A DNA stretch of 64,000 nucleotides from Leptogorgia sarmentosa (lineage: Eukaryota): positions 12,524,001 to 12,588,000 of the forward strand of contig OZ210885.1 of assembly GCA_964658305.1 (NCBI GenBank). The letters run 5' to 3'. A program made the position numbers and the translations under genes. The notes beneath the pieces are model-generated. The model did no database searches and was not told the origin of the DNA. It was given only the letters and a program-made list of their open reading frames with translations. Positions 52,039-63,319 of the stretch are shown here, in pieces (the first letter of the stretch is position 1; each line of letters starts with the position of its first letter).

Positions 52039-52478
52039 ATTTTAGACATTACATTTGATTTTTTTATAATGCAGCAAAGTGTATTATCTTTCTCTTGCAC
52101 CATCCATTTGGTAATTCAGAGTTAATTGAAACAAATTGATCCAAGAACAAAATTAATGCGAAGGGGAGCTTGTAAAATTAATTACTAAAGGGATAATCTG
52201 TTAAAAGTTAATTTTCCCAAGTTAATTATGAAGAATAAAAATCAGTAATTTAAAAACCAATGCAAAAACTCAGTCCAAGATCAAATAGTTTGTGGCTACC
52301 AAATAGTTTTAGCTAAAAGAGGGCGATATCAGAAAATATTGATCTTTCTCGGGTTGCAATTGAAATTGAAACTCGTCATAGTGAAAATATTCTGCATTAG
52401 CAGGGAATCGAATCCCAGTCTCGGGCGAGTTTGAATATGTGAAGACAAACTATTCCAAATAGAAATTGTCAGAAAAAA

Positions 52479-52550
52479 TTCCCACGTCGGGAATCGAACG
52501 CGGGCCATGGCGGTGAAAACGCCAGATCCTAACCACTAGACCACATGGGA
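52479..52550 (-). tRNA. trnE-TTC: tRNA-Glu(TTC)
   Basis: Inverted copy of 49455-49526 with two T-stem changes. Confidence 0.85.
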
Positions 52551-52633
52551 GTTACAATTAAGTGATTATGTCTGTGTTAGGAAGCAACGTTTTTTCTCGT
52601 GTGCAATTGAAACGCAACAAAATGAAAATAATC

Positions 52634-52704
52634 TGCGTTAGCGGGGAATCGAAATCCGGTCTCCCGCGTGGCAGGCGAGAATTCTACCACTGAACCACCA
52701 ACGC
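52634..52704 (-). tRNA. trnG-GCC: tRNA-Gly(GCC)
   Basis: GCGTTGGTGGTTCAGTGGTAGAATTCTCGCCTGCCACGCGGG; T-stem mismatches. Confidence 0.8.
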
Positions 52705-52999
52705 AAAGTTGCTTAATTCTTATTACGTCATAATGTTCATATTGCACAAGATGCCGAACATTTTCACTAAACTTTCAATTTAACCTTTAAATAATAAATC
52801 AAATAGTAAGTTCTAGGAATTTTGACACTTCGAGCATGATCGGCAAAATCACTTTGTTGGTTGAAAAGCAAGATCTTGTCAACAAAGACTTAAATACAAA
52901 AAAGACCAAAAGAGTGGGTAAGAGGAATAGAGCTAGTATAATAGCAATGGTTTTGCTAATTTCTCGAATTGCATATTTTTCCCTTCTCTCGCAAAAGTA

Positions 53000-53071
53000 T
53001 TCCCATGCCGGGAATCGAACCCGGGCCTCGGCGGTGAGAGCGCCAGATCCTGACCACTGGACCACATGGGA
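53000..53071 (-). tRNA. trnE-CTC: tRNA-Glu(CTC)
   Basis: Intact; TGGCG CT CTC AC CGCCG. Confidence 0.93.
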
Positions 53072-53167
53072 AAAACATTTATTTTTTCTCGGAATGTGAA
53101 AATAACGATAATATTTTTAATTTGAATTTGGTAGAAAATTTCGAGAGACAGCGTGGCCAGAAGTGCT

Positions 53168-53240
53168 TGACCTTGAAGTGAATTGAACACTTAACCTTCT
53201 GATCTGGAGTCAGACGCGCTACCAATTGCGCCACAAGGTC
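53168..53240 (-). tRNA. trnW-CCA: tRNA-Trp(CCA)
   Basis: GACCTTGTGGCGCAATTGGTAGCGCGTCTGACTCCAGATCAGA...CAAGGTCA; all stems pair. Confidence 0.95.
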
Positions 53241-53483
53241 GTAGGGTTGTTAAAATGGTTTGGTTTCAGAGAACTAGTTTGAGAATGTGAACAGAAGCAG
53301 TTCATTTATTGATTGCCACGCTTATATGCGCAGTTTTACAACATTTTGTCAATATTTACAACAGTTGAAAAAATCACTATCCAATCGAGAAAGTTATCCG
53401 AATTTCGTACAACTAGCCTCTGATTCTATCGGCAATTAATGCGGTAATTGAATTTATATTCTGACTTCCTATGGGAAGAATTT

Positions 53484-53556
53484 GCCTCATTAGCTCAGTG
53501 GTTAGAGAACTGGTCTTGTAAACCAGGGGTCCAGAGTTCAAATCTCTGATGGGGCT
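53484..53556 (+). tRNA. trnT-TGT: tRNA-Thr(TGT)
   Basis: CTGGT CT TGT AA ACCAG; one D-stem mismatch. Confidence 0.88.
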
Positions 53557-53799
53557 CAAAAATATCGTTATCAAAAAGTTAGTTTTGAGAATGCGAAATA
53601 ATCTTGAAGTGGAACTGAGAGCACCGCTTACCAGCTTGAAATATATTCGATATTATAAATCAATCAAAGACTGTAAATGGTAACGTTTTACAAAGAAAGA
53701 AAACAATTGCATAATCTTCACTCGTATTTTTACCATTTTGAAACATCACAGCAGTGCAGGATGGGAAAGTGATATAATTCTACGGCAAGCTTTGGAGTT

Positions 53800-53872
53800 G
53801 CCTCATTAGCTCAGGGGTTAGAGCACTGGTCTAGTAAACCAGGGGTCCAGAGTTCAAATCTCTGATGAGGCT
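53800..53872 (+). tRNA. trnT-AGT: tRNA-Thr(AGT), intronless
   Basis: Intact; CTGGT CT AGT AA ACCAG. Confidence 0.95.
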
Positions 53873-54022
53873 TTATTTTCTTCGAAAACATTGAAGAACG
53901 TGGAAGACAAACACCCAGATTGTATTCCATGTGCTGTTCAGTGAGTTAAAACTAAAGAAATACAAAAGTTATTGAAAGAGTACTACGTTGGAAAAAACAT
54001 GCTAGGGAGATATTAGCATGTC

Positions 54023-54095
54023 GCCTCATTAGCTCAGGGGTTAGAGCACTGGTTTCGTAAACCAGGGGTCCAGAGTTGAATTCTCTGAAGAGACT
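54023..54095 (+). pseudogene. trnT-CGT: tRNA-Thr(CGT), degenerate 3' end
   Basis: CTGGT TT CGT AA ACCAG; T-loop TTGAATT and acceptor mismatches. Confidence 0.75.
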
Positions 54096-54281
54096 GTGTG
54101 AATCCATTTCTTTTTGTAATTGGTTACAAGGTATGCAATTAACTTTCCAGATTGTATAAGTCTGACCTGAAAGAAAATTTTTGAAGTGAGTTTATTTCAT
54201 GAAAACACGTGATAATACGGGAATTAAGTTTAAATTAACTTCGTAATTGGATTTATATTGAGTTTCAATAGGGAATAAGTT

Positions 54282-54366
54282 GCCTCTTTAGCTCAGGGGT
54301 TAGAGCACTGATCTAGTAAAACAGCGAGGAAACCAGGGGTCCAGAGTTCAAATTTCTGATGAGGCT
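54282..54366 (+). tRNA. trnT-AGT: tRNA-Thr(AGT) with 12-nt putative intron (54319-54330), possibly decaying
   Basis: Extra AAACAGCGAGGA at the same site as in 47207-47291; single mismatches in the acceptor and anticodon stems. Confidence 0.75.
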
Positions 54367-54507
54367 TTGCGAATAAGTGTTCATCCATTTCCTTTTTTGT
54401 AATTGGTTACTCGTTAACTCTCGAGATTGTATGGGAAGTGTGACCTGAAACAAAATTTTTGAAGTGAATTTATTTCATGAAAAACACGTGATAATACGGG
54501 AATTGGC

Positions 54508-54561
54508 CCCGGCCCATGGCGGCGAAAACGCCAGATCCTAACCACTAAAAACCATATGGGA
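54508..54561 (-). pseudogene. tRNA-Glu 5' fragment
   Basis: Glu body truncated in the T arm. Confidence 0.7.
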
Positions 54562-54606
54562 GTGATAACTTGTTCACTATTCCTGTGCTTCAAAGCCAGT
54601 TTAATC

Positions 54607-54677
54607 TGCGTTGGCGGGGAATCGAACCCCGGTCTCCCGCGTGGCAGACGAGAATTCTACCACTGAACCACCAACGC
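54607..54677 (-). tRNA. trnG-GCC: tRNA-Gly(GCC)
   Basis: Full-length Gly cloverleaf, one anticodon-stem change. Confidence 0.88.
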
Positions 54678-55566
54678 AAAGTTGCCCAACTGTTTCGTTA
54701 TAATGTTCATATTCCACAAGATTCCGAACATTCTCAACAAACACCTTCAAATAATAAATCAGAGCACGTTGTAGGAAATTGTTACACTTTAAACATGATC
54801 AGCAAAATCAGAGAGACATGGCGTGACCAGAAAGCAGAAAATTTGTTTGGGATACCTAGTAGCCGCGCGTACTTTATATGTTGTATGGCAAAATCTATTC
54901 ATATAATTTGTCGAGCTTCGTTGGCTCAGAGTTTATGGTACCGACTCGCCAGCAGCGACCCCGCAGGTTCGAATCTCGCGTGTTGGTTTTTGTCATTTTG
55001 TTTATTTTTTGTCATTTTGTTCGTTTTCTTTGAAGGTTTTTTTCTCAACATCTTCTTGTTAGGGTCAGAATGACTGTTTGGGCCTGTATTAGAAAAACAA
55101 AAGCAATATATGTTATTTACCAGCTGGGAGGTCTGTACTGGAAAATATTTCAATTTTAAAAAACAAAAACATTGACTATATTTGTATCTACGAGAATGCG
55201 AGCGGTCCGTACCGTAGGATACGAACCGCTCGGCAGCCAATCAGAAAGCTCTATTAAGTTACGACCGGGGTTACGGACCGGAAAAAATAATGGATATTAT
55301 TTTTGGTCAAAAGCTGATTTTTTGCCAAGGCCACATCCAACGGCAATAATAAACAGAACTTCAACGGTGACGATGCTCGTAATGGTGAATACAATACTTT
55401 TTGCTGTTTGACACAGATGCCGATACCAGGAGTCGAACGTTTTCAAGTATTGGTGGATATATTTAACACGAATCGTAGTATAGACATCGTAACCCCTTGG
55501 GTGACATATTTCCCATCAACCCGCTTTGAGGAATTTGAAAGGTTTTCAGTTTATATGTATGATAAG

Positions 55567-55638
55567 AAGGAGCGGGCGGATTTGAACCACCGACCTCTCG
55601 ATCTGCAGTCGAATGCTCTACCACTGAGCTACACTTCC
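55567..55638 (-). tRNA. trnC-GCA: tRNA-Cys(GCA)
   Basis: GGAAGTGTAGCTCAGTGGTAGAGCATTCGACTGCAGATCGAG...; weak acceptor end. Confidence 0.85.
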
Positions 55639-55941
55639 TGTGTACTCTACTAGGTTAATTACGTACATATACTTTCAAACGCAGCTATAATCAATTCGCG
55701 GACCTCTGTTCTTTCAATTTTACATTCAAATACAAAATCTTTCTTGCATGTTTCATAACCTTAATACAATAAAAAATGCGACTTCTTTCCGTTTATTTTG
55801 CAGATGGAAAACTTGGGCATTGAATCTGTCACTTTAAACACTCAGCCACCATCACCGAGAACACAACTTCCTGTCATCGAGTTTTTCCCCAAAACAATTC
55901 ATGTTTATCTTCGAGGCCAAAATTTTAAAGACTTTGCATAA

Positions 55942-55977
55942 CGTAGTCTGTCGTCTTAACCGCTCGGCCACGACTAC
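55942..55977 (-). pseudogene. tRNA-Ser remnant with 46-bp internal deletion
   Basis: Paralogue of 48899-48980 collapsed between two TAGTC motifs. Confidence 0.8.
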
Positions 55978-56317
55978 GTTGCTACAACCAACAGGTTTCG
56001 CGTTGTTCAACTAAACATTCACATCTACAACTGACGTACACTCTCAGGTGACCGCGTGGGACGAAGGCCCAAGGTTGCTTGGGAATAAAATGGATTCTTT
56101 TGGGTGTTTCTTTCTTGATAATATAAATAAAAGTATTACTCGACTGTGGTTGGCTCATTTCTGTGCAGTTAATCCCAAATCACAGTGCAATTTTATGCTA
56201 TTACTTTGAACCAATCAAATTCGAGCTCAAGCTACAGTTTGCATCAAAACAAAACAAACATGGCGGCCGCGCTATGCAAAGCAAAAATTATCTTCAGTTA
56301 GGGTGGCCGCAAGTGCT

Positions 56318-56390
56318 TGACCTTGAAGTGAATTGAACACTTAACCTTCTGATCTGGAGTCAGACGCGCTACCAATTGCGCCACAAGGTC
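56318..56390 (-). tRNA. trnW-CCA: tRNA-Trp(CCA)
   Basis: Identical to 53168-53240. Confidence 0.95.
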
Positions 56391-56473
56391 GTAGCGCTGT
56401 TAAAATGGTTTGGTTTCAGAGAACGAGTTTGAAAATGTGAACACAAGCTGCTTCAAATTGAATTTTTTTGAAA

Positions 56474-56545
56474 AAATCGAATCGGGAATCGAACCCGGGC
56501 CATGGCGGTGAAAACGCCAGATCCTAACAACTAGAGCACATGGGA
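56474..56545 (-). pseudogene. tRNA-Glu(TTC) lacking 3' acceptor strand
   Basis: Glu body ends at ...TTCCCGATTCGA instead of ...CGTGGGAA. Confidence 0.75.
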
Positions 56546-56630
56546 GTGATAACTTATTGACTATTCCTGTGTTTACAAAGCCAGTTTGTTTCCTGTGTTG
56601 CAGTTGAAATGCAACAAAATGAAAATAATC

Positions 56631-56701
56631 TGCGTTAGCGGGGAATCGAACCCAGGTCTCCCGCGTGGCAGGCGAGAATTCTACCACTGAACCACCAACG
56701 C
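56631..56701 (-). tRNA. trnG-GCC: tRNA-Gly(GCC)
   Basis: Full-length Gly cloverleaf. Confidence 0.9.
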
Positions 56702-56984
56702 AAAGTTGCCCAACTCCTTCGTTATAATGTTCATATTCCTCAAGATTCCGAACATTTTCACCAAACACCTTCAAATAATAAATCAGAGTAAGTTCTAGGA
56801 AATTTTGACACTTTAAACATGATCAGCAAAATCAATTTTTTTGTTGAAAAGCAAGATCATGTCAACAAAGACTTAAATACAGAAAACACCAAAAGAATGT
56901 GTAAGAGGGATAGAGCTAGTATAATAGCAATGGTTTTGCTAATTTTTCGAATTGCATATTTTTTTCCTTCTCTCGCAAGTATTA

Positions 56985-57059
56985 TTCCCACGCCGGGAAT
57001 CGGACCAGGGCCATGAGGGTAAAAACGCTGGATTTAAACCAGAGAACCACACCATGGGA
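56985..57059 (-). pseudogene. tRNA-Glu pseudogene
   Basis: Glu ends retained, interior heavily mutated. Confidence 0.7.
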
Positions 57060-57428
57060 GTGACAATTTGTGGATTATTTGTGACATGTGAAGAGAAACG
57101 TGCAAGTTTCGGCAGAGCCTATTTTTGAATATTTTGTAGTGCAGCGAATTTTATTGCCTTCCCCTTCCTCCATCCATGTTGCAATTCAGAGTTAACCGAA
57201 TCAAATTGATCCAAGAGAGAGATTAATGACAAGTTGAGCTTGTTATTTTAATTACTGAGGGGACACTAAGCGATAGAAACCAATGCAAAAACGAGGGTAA
57301 AATTAGAATAATGTTAATTTTACTTTCTTCTGTTGTGGGATAAATTATGAATTTTAACAAATAATAGAGAGGAAGCATCATGTTTTAAAACTAACGTCAG
57401 CTCAATATAGCCATGAGCAACGAAAATT

Positions 57429-57510
57429 TGGCAGCGGTGGGATTCGAACCCACGCCATCGAAATGACTGGTGCCTTAAACCAGCGCCTTAGACCACTCGG
57501 CCACGCTACC
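57429..57510 (-). tRNA. trnL-AAG: tRNA-Leu(AAG)
   Basis: Intact; CTGGT TT AAG GC ACCAG. Confidence 0.95.
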
Positions 57511-57809
57511 TGTGACGTGCTGACAATATAATTTCTTTTTAGTAAACATCCACATTGTTTGAAGAGATTGCTTTCGCTATCAACGAAACGTAGAAATGTG
57601 AAACAATGGGGAAATATTGTCGTGCTAAGGTTCTGTGGTGTAATGGCTGCAGGTTCTCTTAGCTGGTAAATAACATGGAATATATATCCCTACCTAAATA
57701 TTCATATCACTACCTTGAAATTACAACTATTTGAAGATACTTTTGCCTGTTGTATTTACCTTATTTTAGTAGAAGAATACCCCCATAGCGTGTCACCTGC
57801 ACAAGCACA

Positions 57810-58000
57810 AGCACAAGCAGCTTAAAACACTACATAGGCATGTCAGCAAGCAAATTTAAAGAGCGATATTGAAACCACATTAAGTCTTTTAACCACAAAA
57901 GCTACTCAAATGAAACAAAACTTTCGAAATATATTTGGGGACTAAAAGATAACAAGATAGATTTCGACATTAATTAATACGTGGTCAATAATTGCACAGT
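57810..58000 (+). mobile_element. Penelope-like retroelement fragment (GIY-YIG endonuclease remnant)
   Basis: Translates to HYIGMSASKFKERY*NHIKSFNHKSYSNETKLSKYIWGLKDNKIDFDI, matching the YIG..R..H and LSKYIW pattern of Penelope endonucleases. Confidence 0.75.
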
Positions 58001-58394
58001 GTATTTTGTATACGGGATATATATTTCACCACTTTAAAAACCTGGGAAGATTTTTTCATGATACCAACATAGACTAATGTTTGTTCAAATCCCGCGCGCT
58101 AAATTCTTCGCATTAAGATTATCACTGAAAAACGTTTTAAAAAATTATGACAATAAGATTGTTATAAAACTTCACTTTTGTTGTATCATCTGTAAAGCGA
58201 TGTATAGTTTTAGTTGATTGAGCCATTCCATGAAAGAACAAAGCTAGTGATAAAAACTTTGACGACGTGAAATCACGCATGCGCTATAAACTGAAAATTG
58301 AATATTACCTTCCGGGCGGCCACGTCCCGTAAGCTTAAGCTCGCTTTTCTCTGTTAAAATATGGCTCGGAGTAGCAAGTAAATTGCCTCCGGGC

Positions 58395-58524
58395 GAAGAC
58401 TTGAAAAGTCGAAGAATCGAAGATTTGAAGACTTGAAGAATCGAAGAGTTTGAAGAATCGAAGAGTTTGAAGAATCGAAGAGTTTGAAGAATCGAAGAGT
58501 TTGAAGAATCGAAGAGTTGAAGAA
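58395..58524 (+). repeat. 17-bp minisatellite (TTTGAAGAATCGAAGAG), about 5 perfect copies plus degenerate subunits
   Basis: Read directly; built from alternating 8/9-bp GAAGA-containing subunits. Confidence 0.92.
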
Positions 58525-61500
58525 GTGTTGTGAATTCCGTACGTGTTGGTCATTCGTTCGTGCATCGTTTGGCGTTGATTTTGGCAGCAGTACTCTTCGT
58601 GTTCGTGCCTGTTTGCGGGGCCCTCTAGGGGGTAACGCTAAGGCGGTGGTCTTTATTTCCAACCTTGCTGCGTGCTTCTGTTGTTAGGTTGAGGTGCTTG
58701 ACTGAAACCTGACGTCTCAGTTCCTCTTATCTTTTGTCCGTGTTTTGAGAATTTAGATCCTCGTTTGCCACGCATAGTGTGGGCCTTAGCGTACACAGTT
58801 AACAGTTAATAAGTTCTTTCGAGACTGGGATCTCGTTTAAGGTTACATTAGAAGTAACACATAGTAATCTTGTTGAGATGCACACAGTTTTTTCAGTATT
58901 AAAAGTTAGTTGTTTTTATTTCGAGGCTGGGATCTCGTTTAAGCTTACATTAGGATAGTTAAGCGGATACGAACGTGACGAAGTCTCTAATCCATCTTAC
59001 TATAGCTGAGCGTACATTCAATTTTTGCAACTCGGTGATTATAGACTAGTGTGACGATCGACTAAGTCGAATTTACTATAATATGGAAAGAATGCTCCGA
59101 TTCAAACGGGTAAAAATTCTCCAACCTTATTTATACTCCAACCAATATTGAATAACGAATACAGTGTGTCCAAAAAAAAAACGCAATCCTACGTTCAAAT
59201 GCAATTTTCATTACGAAAAGAAATAGAAAATAGGCTATATTTACCATCGTTAGAAAGCTCTATCATTCCGCTTTCTTAAGACTGCTTGTTTGTTAAATTT
59301 GAGTTGGAAATGAGCGAGTAATGTTAATTTTTGTAAGTATGATTGGACAATTTAAAATTTGAGATAGCTCGAATTTTATTTATTTTAGTTGGTTACAATC
59401 ATTCAACGTGGCCGCCATTTCTCAGCACAGACAAATCACTTCGACGTTGCATTTCCCCCGTGCAACTCTTATTAGTTCATGATTTCCATGTAAAGCATCT
59501 GCTTCAAGCTGTATCTGCCGGTATTTTAGAAATTTAGAATTTTTTTTACCAATAAAATTAACCAATAACTAATTGGTCATTTTAACCAGTAATAATTGGT
59601 TAATATAACCAAATATTTTGGTTGTTTTAACCAATTGATGAATGGTTAATATAATGGTAAAAACGACCAATTTTAATTGGTCTAAAGAACCAATTCAATT
59701 TTAATTGATTCCTCAGATGAATCTGCAGATGACCAGTATTACACCTGCGCTATAAAACAATACACAACAGTGAGGATATGTATACATTATGGTATTATTT
59801 ATTACAAAATTATAAACAGAGGGAAAGAAACCTCTTTCGAAGCTTCAAGCGAGGAATCATGTGATAAATATCAGTCATACTGGGTCGAAAAAATCTTCTC
59901 CGGCTTCCTCGTTTGTTGACAGTAAATCATAAAGGTTATATTTGAAAGAAAACCAAAACATGCCGACACGTGTCTGTGACGCGTGAACGCGGGATATTCG
60001 AAAAAGACGACCGATTACTAAAAGTATTCACAGATCGCAATGAGGCATGAGTTCAAATTAGAAGTTAAACCGTGATCAGTATTTTCATAACAACTACATA
60101 AACACAATCGTAAGACAAGCGATATGCCCTGAAGTCTTAATCGAGAGGCTTAAAACCGTATTAAAGAGCAAGCAATAAACGCGTCAGTTTCATTTAAACC
60201 CACCGAAATATGTATGTTGCATACCTTCAAAGACAGTTTAAATCACCCAAATTCATGCTCTTCAAGAACTCAATAACATTCTCTCTTGCTCTTCAAGAAC
60301 TCAATAAGATCTCCAATCTGAACTGTGCTGATTCAACTCTTTTGCAAACCGGGCGGCCATCATCTTCCGGAACCTATTCAGCGCAAGAAGGTTCCTGCAC
60401 TGGTGGTACACGTGTTGAGTGTTGCACCGAAGGCTTTTTCTTTTTTTGCGCCTTTTTTTTCGGAGTTGCGGGTCAAATTTAGTAATTTGTATAAATTATG
60501 TAAATACAGTGTCTGTAAATACAATTGTGGAGAACTTCATAAAATGCACAATTTCTACAGCTTGCACAACCCCTCTTAAAGACAACAAGAGACAACCCCT
60601 CTTAAACGGGGCCACTTTCGACCCTGAAGAATAGGGCCCTATTTTTTAGCTATTTTGGGCCGAATTAAACCCAAGCAGTAGGGCCAATTTGGCCCCATTT
60701 AAGCTAAATTGGACCTGTTCATTAATTTTGGCCCCCATTGTTAGCTGAATTGGCCATGTTTTTTGGAATTTGGCCCCATGGAAGCAGGGCATTTTTCCCC
60801 CAAAATATCCTGTTTTATGACCAAATTCACCCTTTGGTAAGGAGCAAAATGCTTAACAAAAAGCAACTTGGCTATAGAGACTCATATAATATTGTGTGAA
60901 TGTTATTACTACTTAAATATTATTTTTTTCGACATTGAACAGGTAGTAGGTGTCTAATTAGGCTACCAAAGCATCGCATACTTTCTTCGTTGTAACATTG
61001 CACAACACTATGCCTTCTGACTGTCGTAAAGGTCATCTACCATCATGATCACCGACTGGATCTGCCGAGATATTTCCTGGTCCAGAGTCAAACCGATTAG
61101 GCTGTCTTTGATATGCAATTATGCACACAGTTTTTTTCTAATATTGGAAATTAGTTTTATTCGAGACGGGGATCTCGTTTAAAATTACATTAGGGGCAAG
61201 AAATTGGTCTGTCAGTGATATGCACACAGTTTTTTCAGTTTTAAATATTAGTAGTTTTTTTATCTTCAGCCATCAGATGTGTCAGTTGCATTCTCACAAA
61301 TCCTTGTGTAGTATACCGAATATTCTGTGATGCTGTCTTTAGTTTCCACATGTCAACCACATGATTCAGGTAGTTGCACTATACTACAGCTAGCACCTTT
61401 ACAAAGAAAAATATGGATGAATACAGTAATATGGTTTAGCTCAGTGCACACATAAGTATTGCTGCAAAAAAATTGAATTATGAAATTCCGATCGTGTTGC

Positions 61501-62959
61501 CATGACAACAACCTCAGGCAGCTTTTGCAATTGTAGTACTTCATGTTCCAAAAATATAGTTGCATTAATTGGTTAGTAAGGCGAGGGGTTGCTGCATATT
61601 TGCAGTCGGGATCGCTATTTAAATATCCACTAACACCATTCGCCTTGGGTGTTTGATTGCAAAACGGTCGATGACGTTCTCGATGTCAACGTGAATTTCT
61701 CGATGGACGTTCAATAATGCCAGTGACGTTGTCTTTTTTCTCCCACAAATATTGCTATTTTAATGAATCTAAAGCGCTTAGATCTATGTGTTATCAGCGC
61801 TATATAAACTTGTGTGATAATAATAAATTAATAATATAACATATTTCCAGGGGTCAATGGACAAGATGCAAAATAGATTTAACTTCGGGTCGCTAGGTTT
61901 CTTTCGAACAAAATGAGCAGCGTTGGAGCGGGTTTGAAGGAACAATAGTGGCCGAGAAAATGAGTTGAGAGTGACACATCCTGTCATATTTAACCCAGCG
62001 TTTTAGTTCGTGTATTTCTGCACACCTGTTTTTTTTGAAACTTCAAAGAACAAAACTCTTAATGATCTAGTTTGGGACTATCAGGGCTTTTTGAGAGGAG
62101 GTCATTGCCCAGGAAGAAACGGGTTCGCAACGTGTCTAACGACGCGTCTTGCCGAAATATCTTTTCGTACTTCGCGTCCGAATCTTTCTCGTAGAGAAGG
62201 CGACAGACTCCTCGGACGGGCTCCTTGCTATCGCTCTTGTTCATCCTCTGGAACACGTGATCAGCCTGTGTCATTTGTCCAGGGTGGCAATAAGGGAGGT
62301 GACATCCCACCAAAACAATTCACATGCAACAATTTAACAAATGTAAGTCCGTTAGCACAACACATGATAGGTAGCAAATTGGCATAGCTAAGTTTGCTGT
62401 CAATTTCTTTATGAAAGCTTTTCAAACAATATCAGTATAATTGTTGCCGAGGACCGAGGACCGGCTATAAATATTAAAAATATTCCAACATTTAACTAAA
62501 TAGTTGCGTGTAAATGAATATATAAATGTAATAGATATAATTATTAATACGTTTTATGAATTAAGTAATTCTCTGGGTTTTCATGCACCAAGTCATTGGC
62601 TTACTTTTGCTCCACTGTACGAGTGGCATACTAGGGGTTTTTTTTCTGGCTGCTCTTTGCGGCTTCTTATGGTCAATGTTTTTTACCATAGTCTCCTATT
62701 ACAGGAGCAGTATTCTCATGGGTGATCACCTGCTATATAACAGCATAGTTTATAGCTTCAAGTATGCCACTGAATACACTTACTCGTTGTTACATTTTAT
62801 GAAGGTGAAACCAATAAATGCCAAATCCTTTCCGTTGCGGTGGTCTTTACTTCCCAACTTGCTGCGTGCTTCTTTTGTCAGGTTGAGGTGCTTGATTGAA
62901 ACTTTCGCTCTTATATTAAGGACAAACGCTGTGCTTTCTTGGGTCTCTGGTTCGGCAAT

Positions 62960-63319
62960 GTATAAAACGTCTCTCATACCGTTTATACTAGCTTTCTTGA
63001 ATTCGATCACTTTCTTCACGAGTTGTTGGTGATTTAGGCAACTTCTTTTCGTGTCATCAACAGTTAAATGTTCCAATTCCTTTCTTACTCGATATGGACC
63101 TCTTCCAAACACAGCACGTTCCTCGTTTCGCTGTTTTGTCTGTATGATTTTCTTTATCTTCTCCACAAACTCGTGGAGCTTGCTTGCATTAAAATTGAGA
63201 TCATGCTTGATCATAAAATTGGCGGATTCGGAATCATTATTCTTGTACTCCACCGGTGGATTTCCTAATCCGGCGTCGACTCGAACAGGTTTTAACATCG
63301 AGTTTTTCATCTCATTTGC
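62960..63319 (-). pseudogene. MULE/MuDR-like DNA transposase exon fragment
   Basis: Minus-strand acceptor TTTTTAG just upstream. SMLKPVRVDAGLGNPP..NNDSESANFMIK..EERAVFGRGPY includes an NNxxESxN motif like the MULE catalytic Glu region. Confidence 0.55.

Noticed and set aside
54914..54985. Additional tRNA gene
   Set aside because: It has A-box-like and GGTTCGAATC B-box motifs but no cloverleaf; at most a SINE-like head.
45805..57016. Short ORFs in the ORF track across the tRNA array
   Set aside because: They are chance translations through tRNA genes and AT-rich spacers, with no domains or splice support.
45993..57648. CRISPR-like or novel repeat-spacer array
   Set aside because: The repeats are tRNA genes, the spacers are themselves duplicated, and the context is eukaryotic with no cas genes.
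62780..62960. C-terminal part of the 176-aa minus-strand ORF as transposase
   Set aside because: It overlaps a repeat also present at 58646-58708, so it is probably read-through into unrelated sequence.
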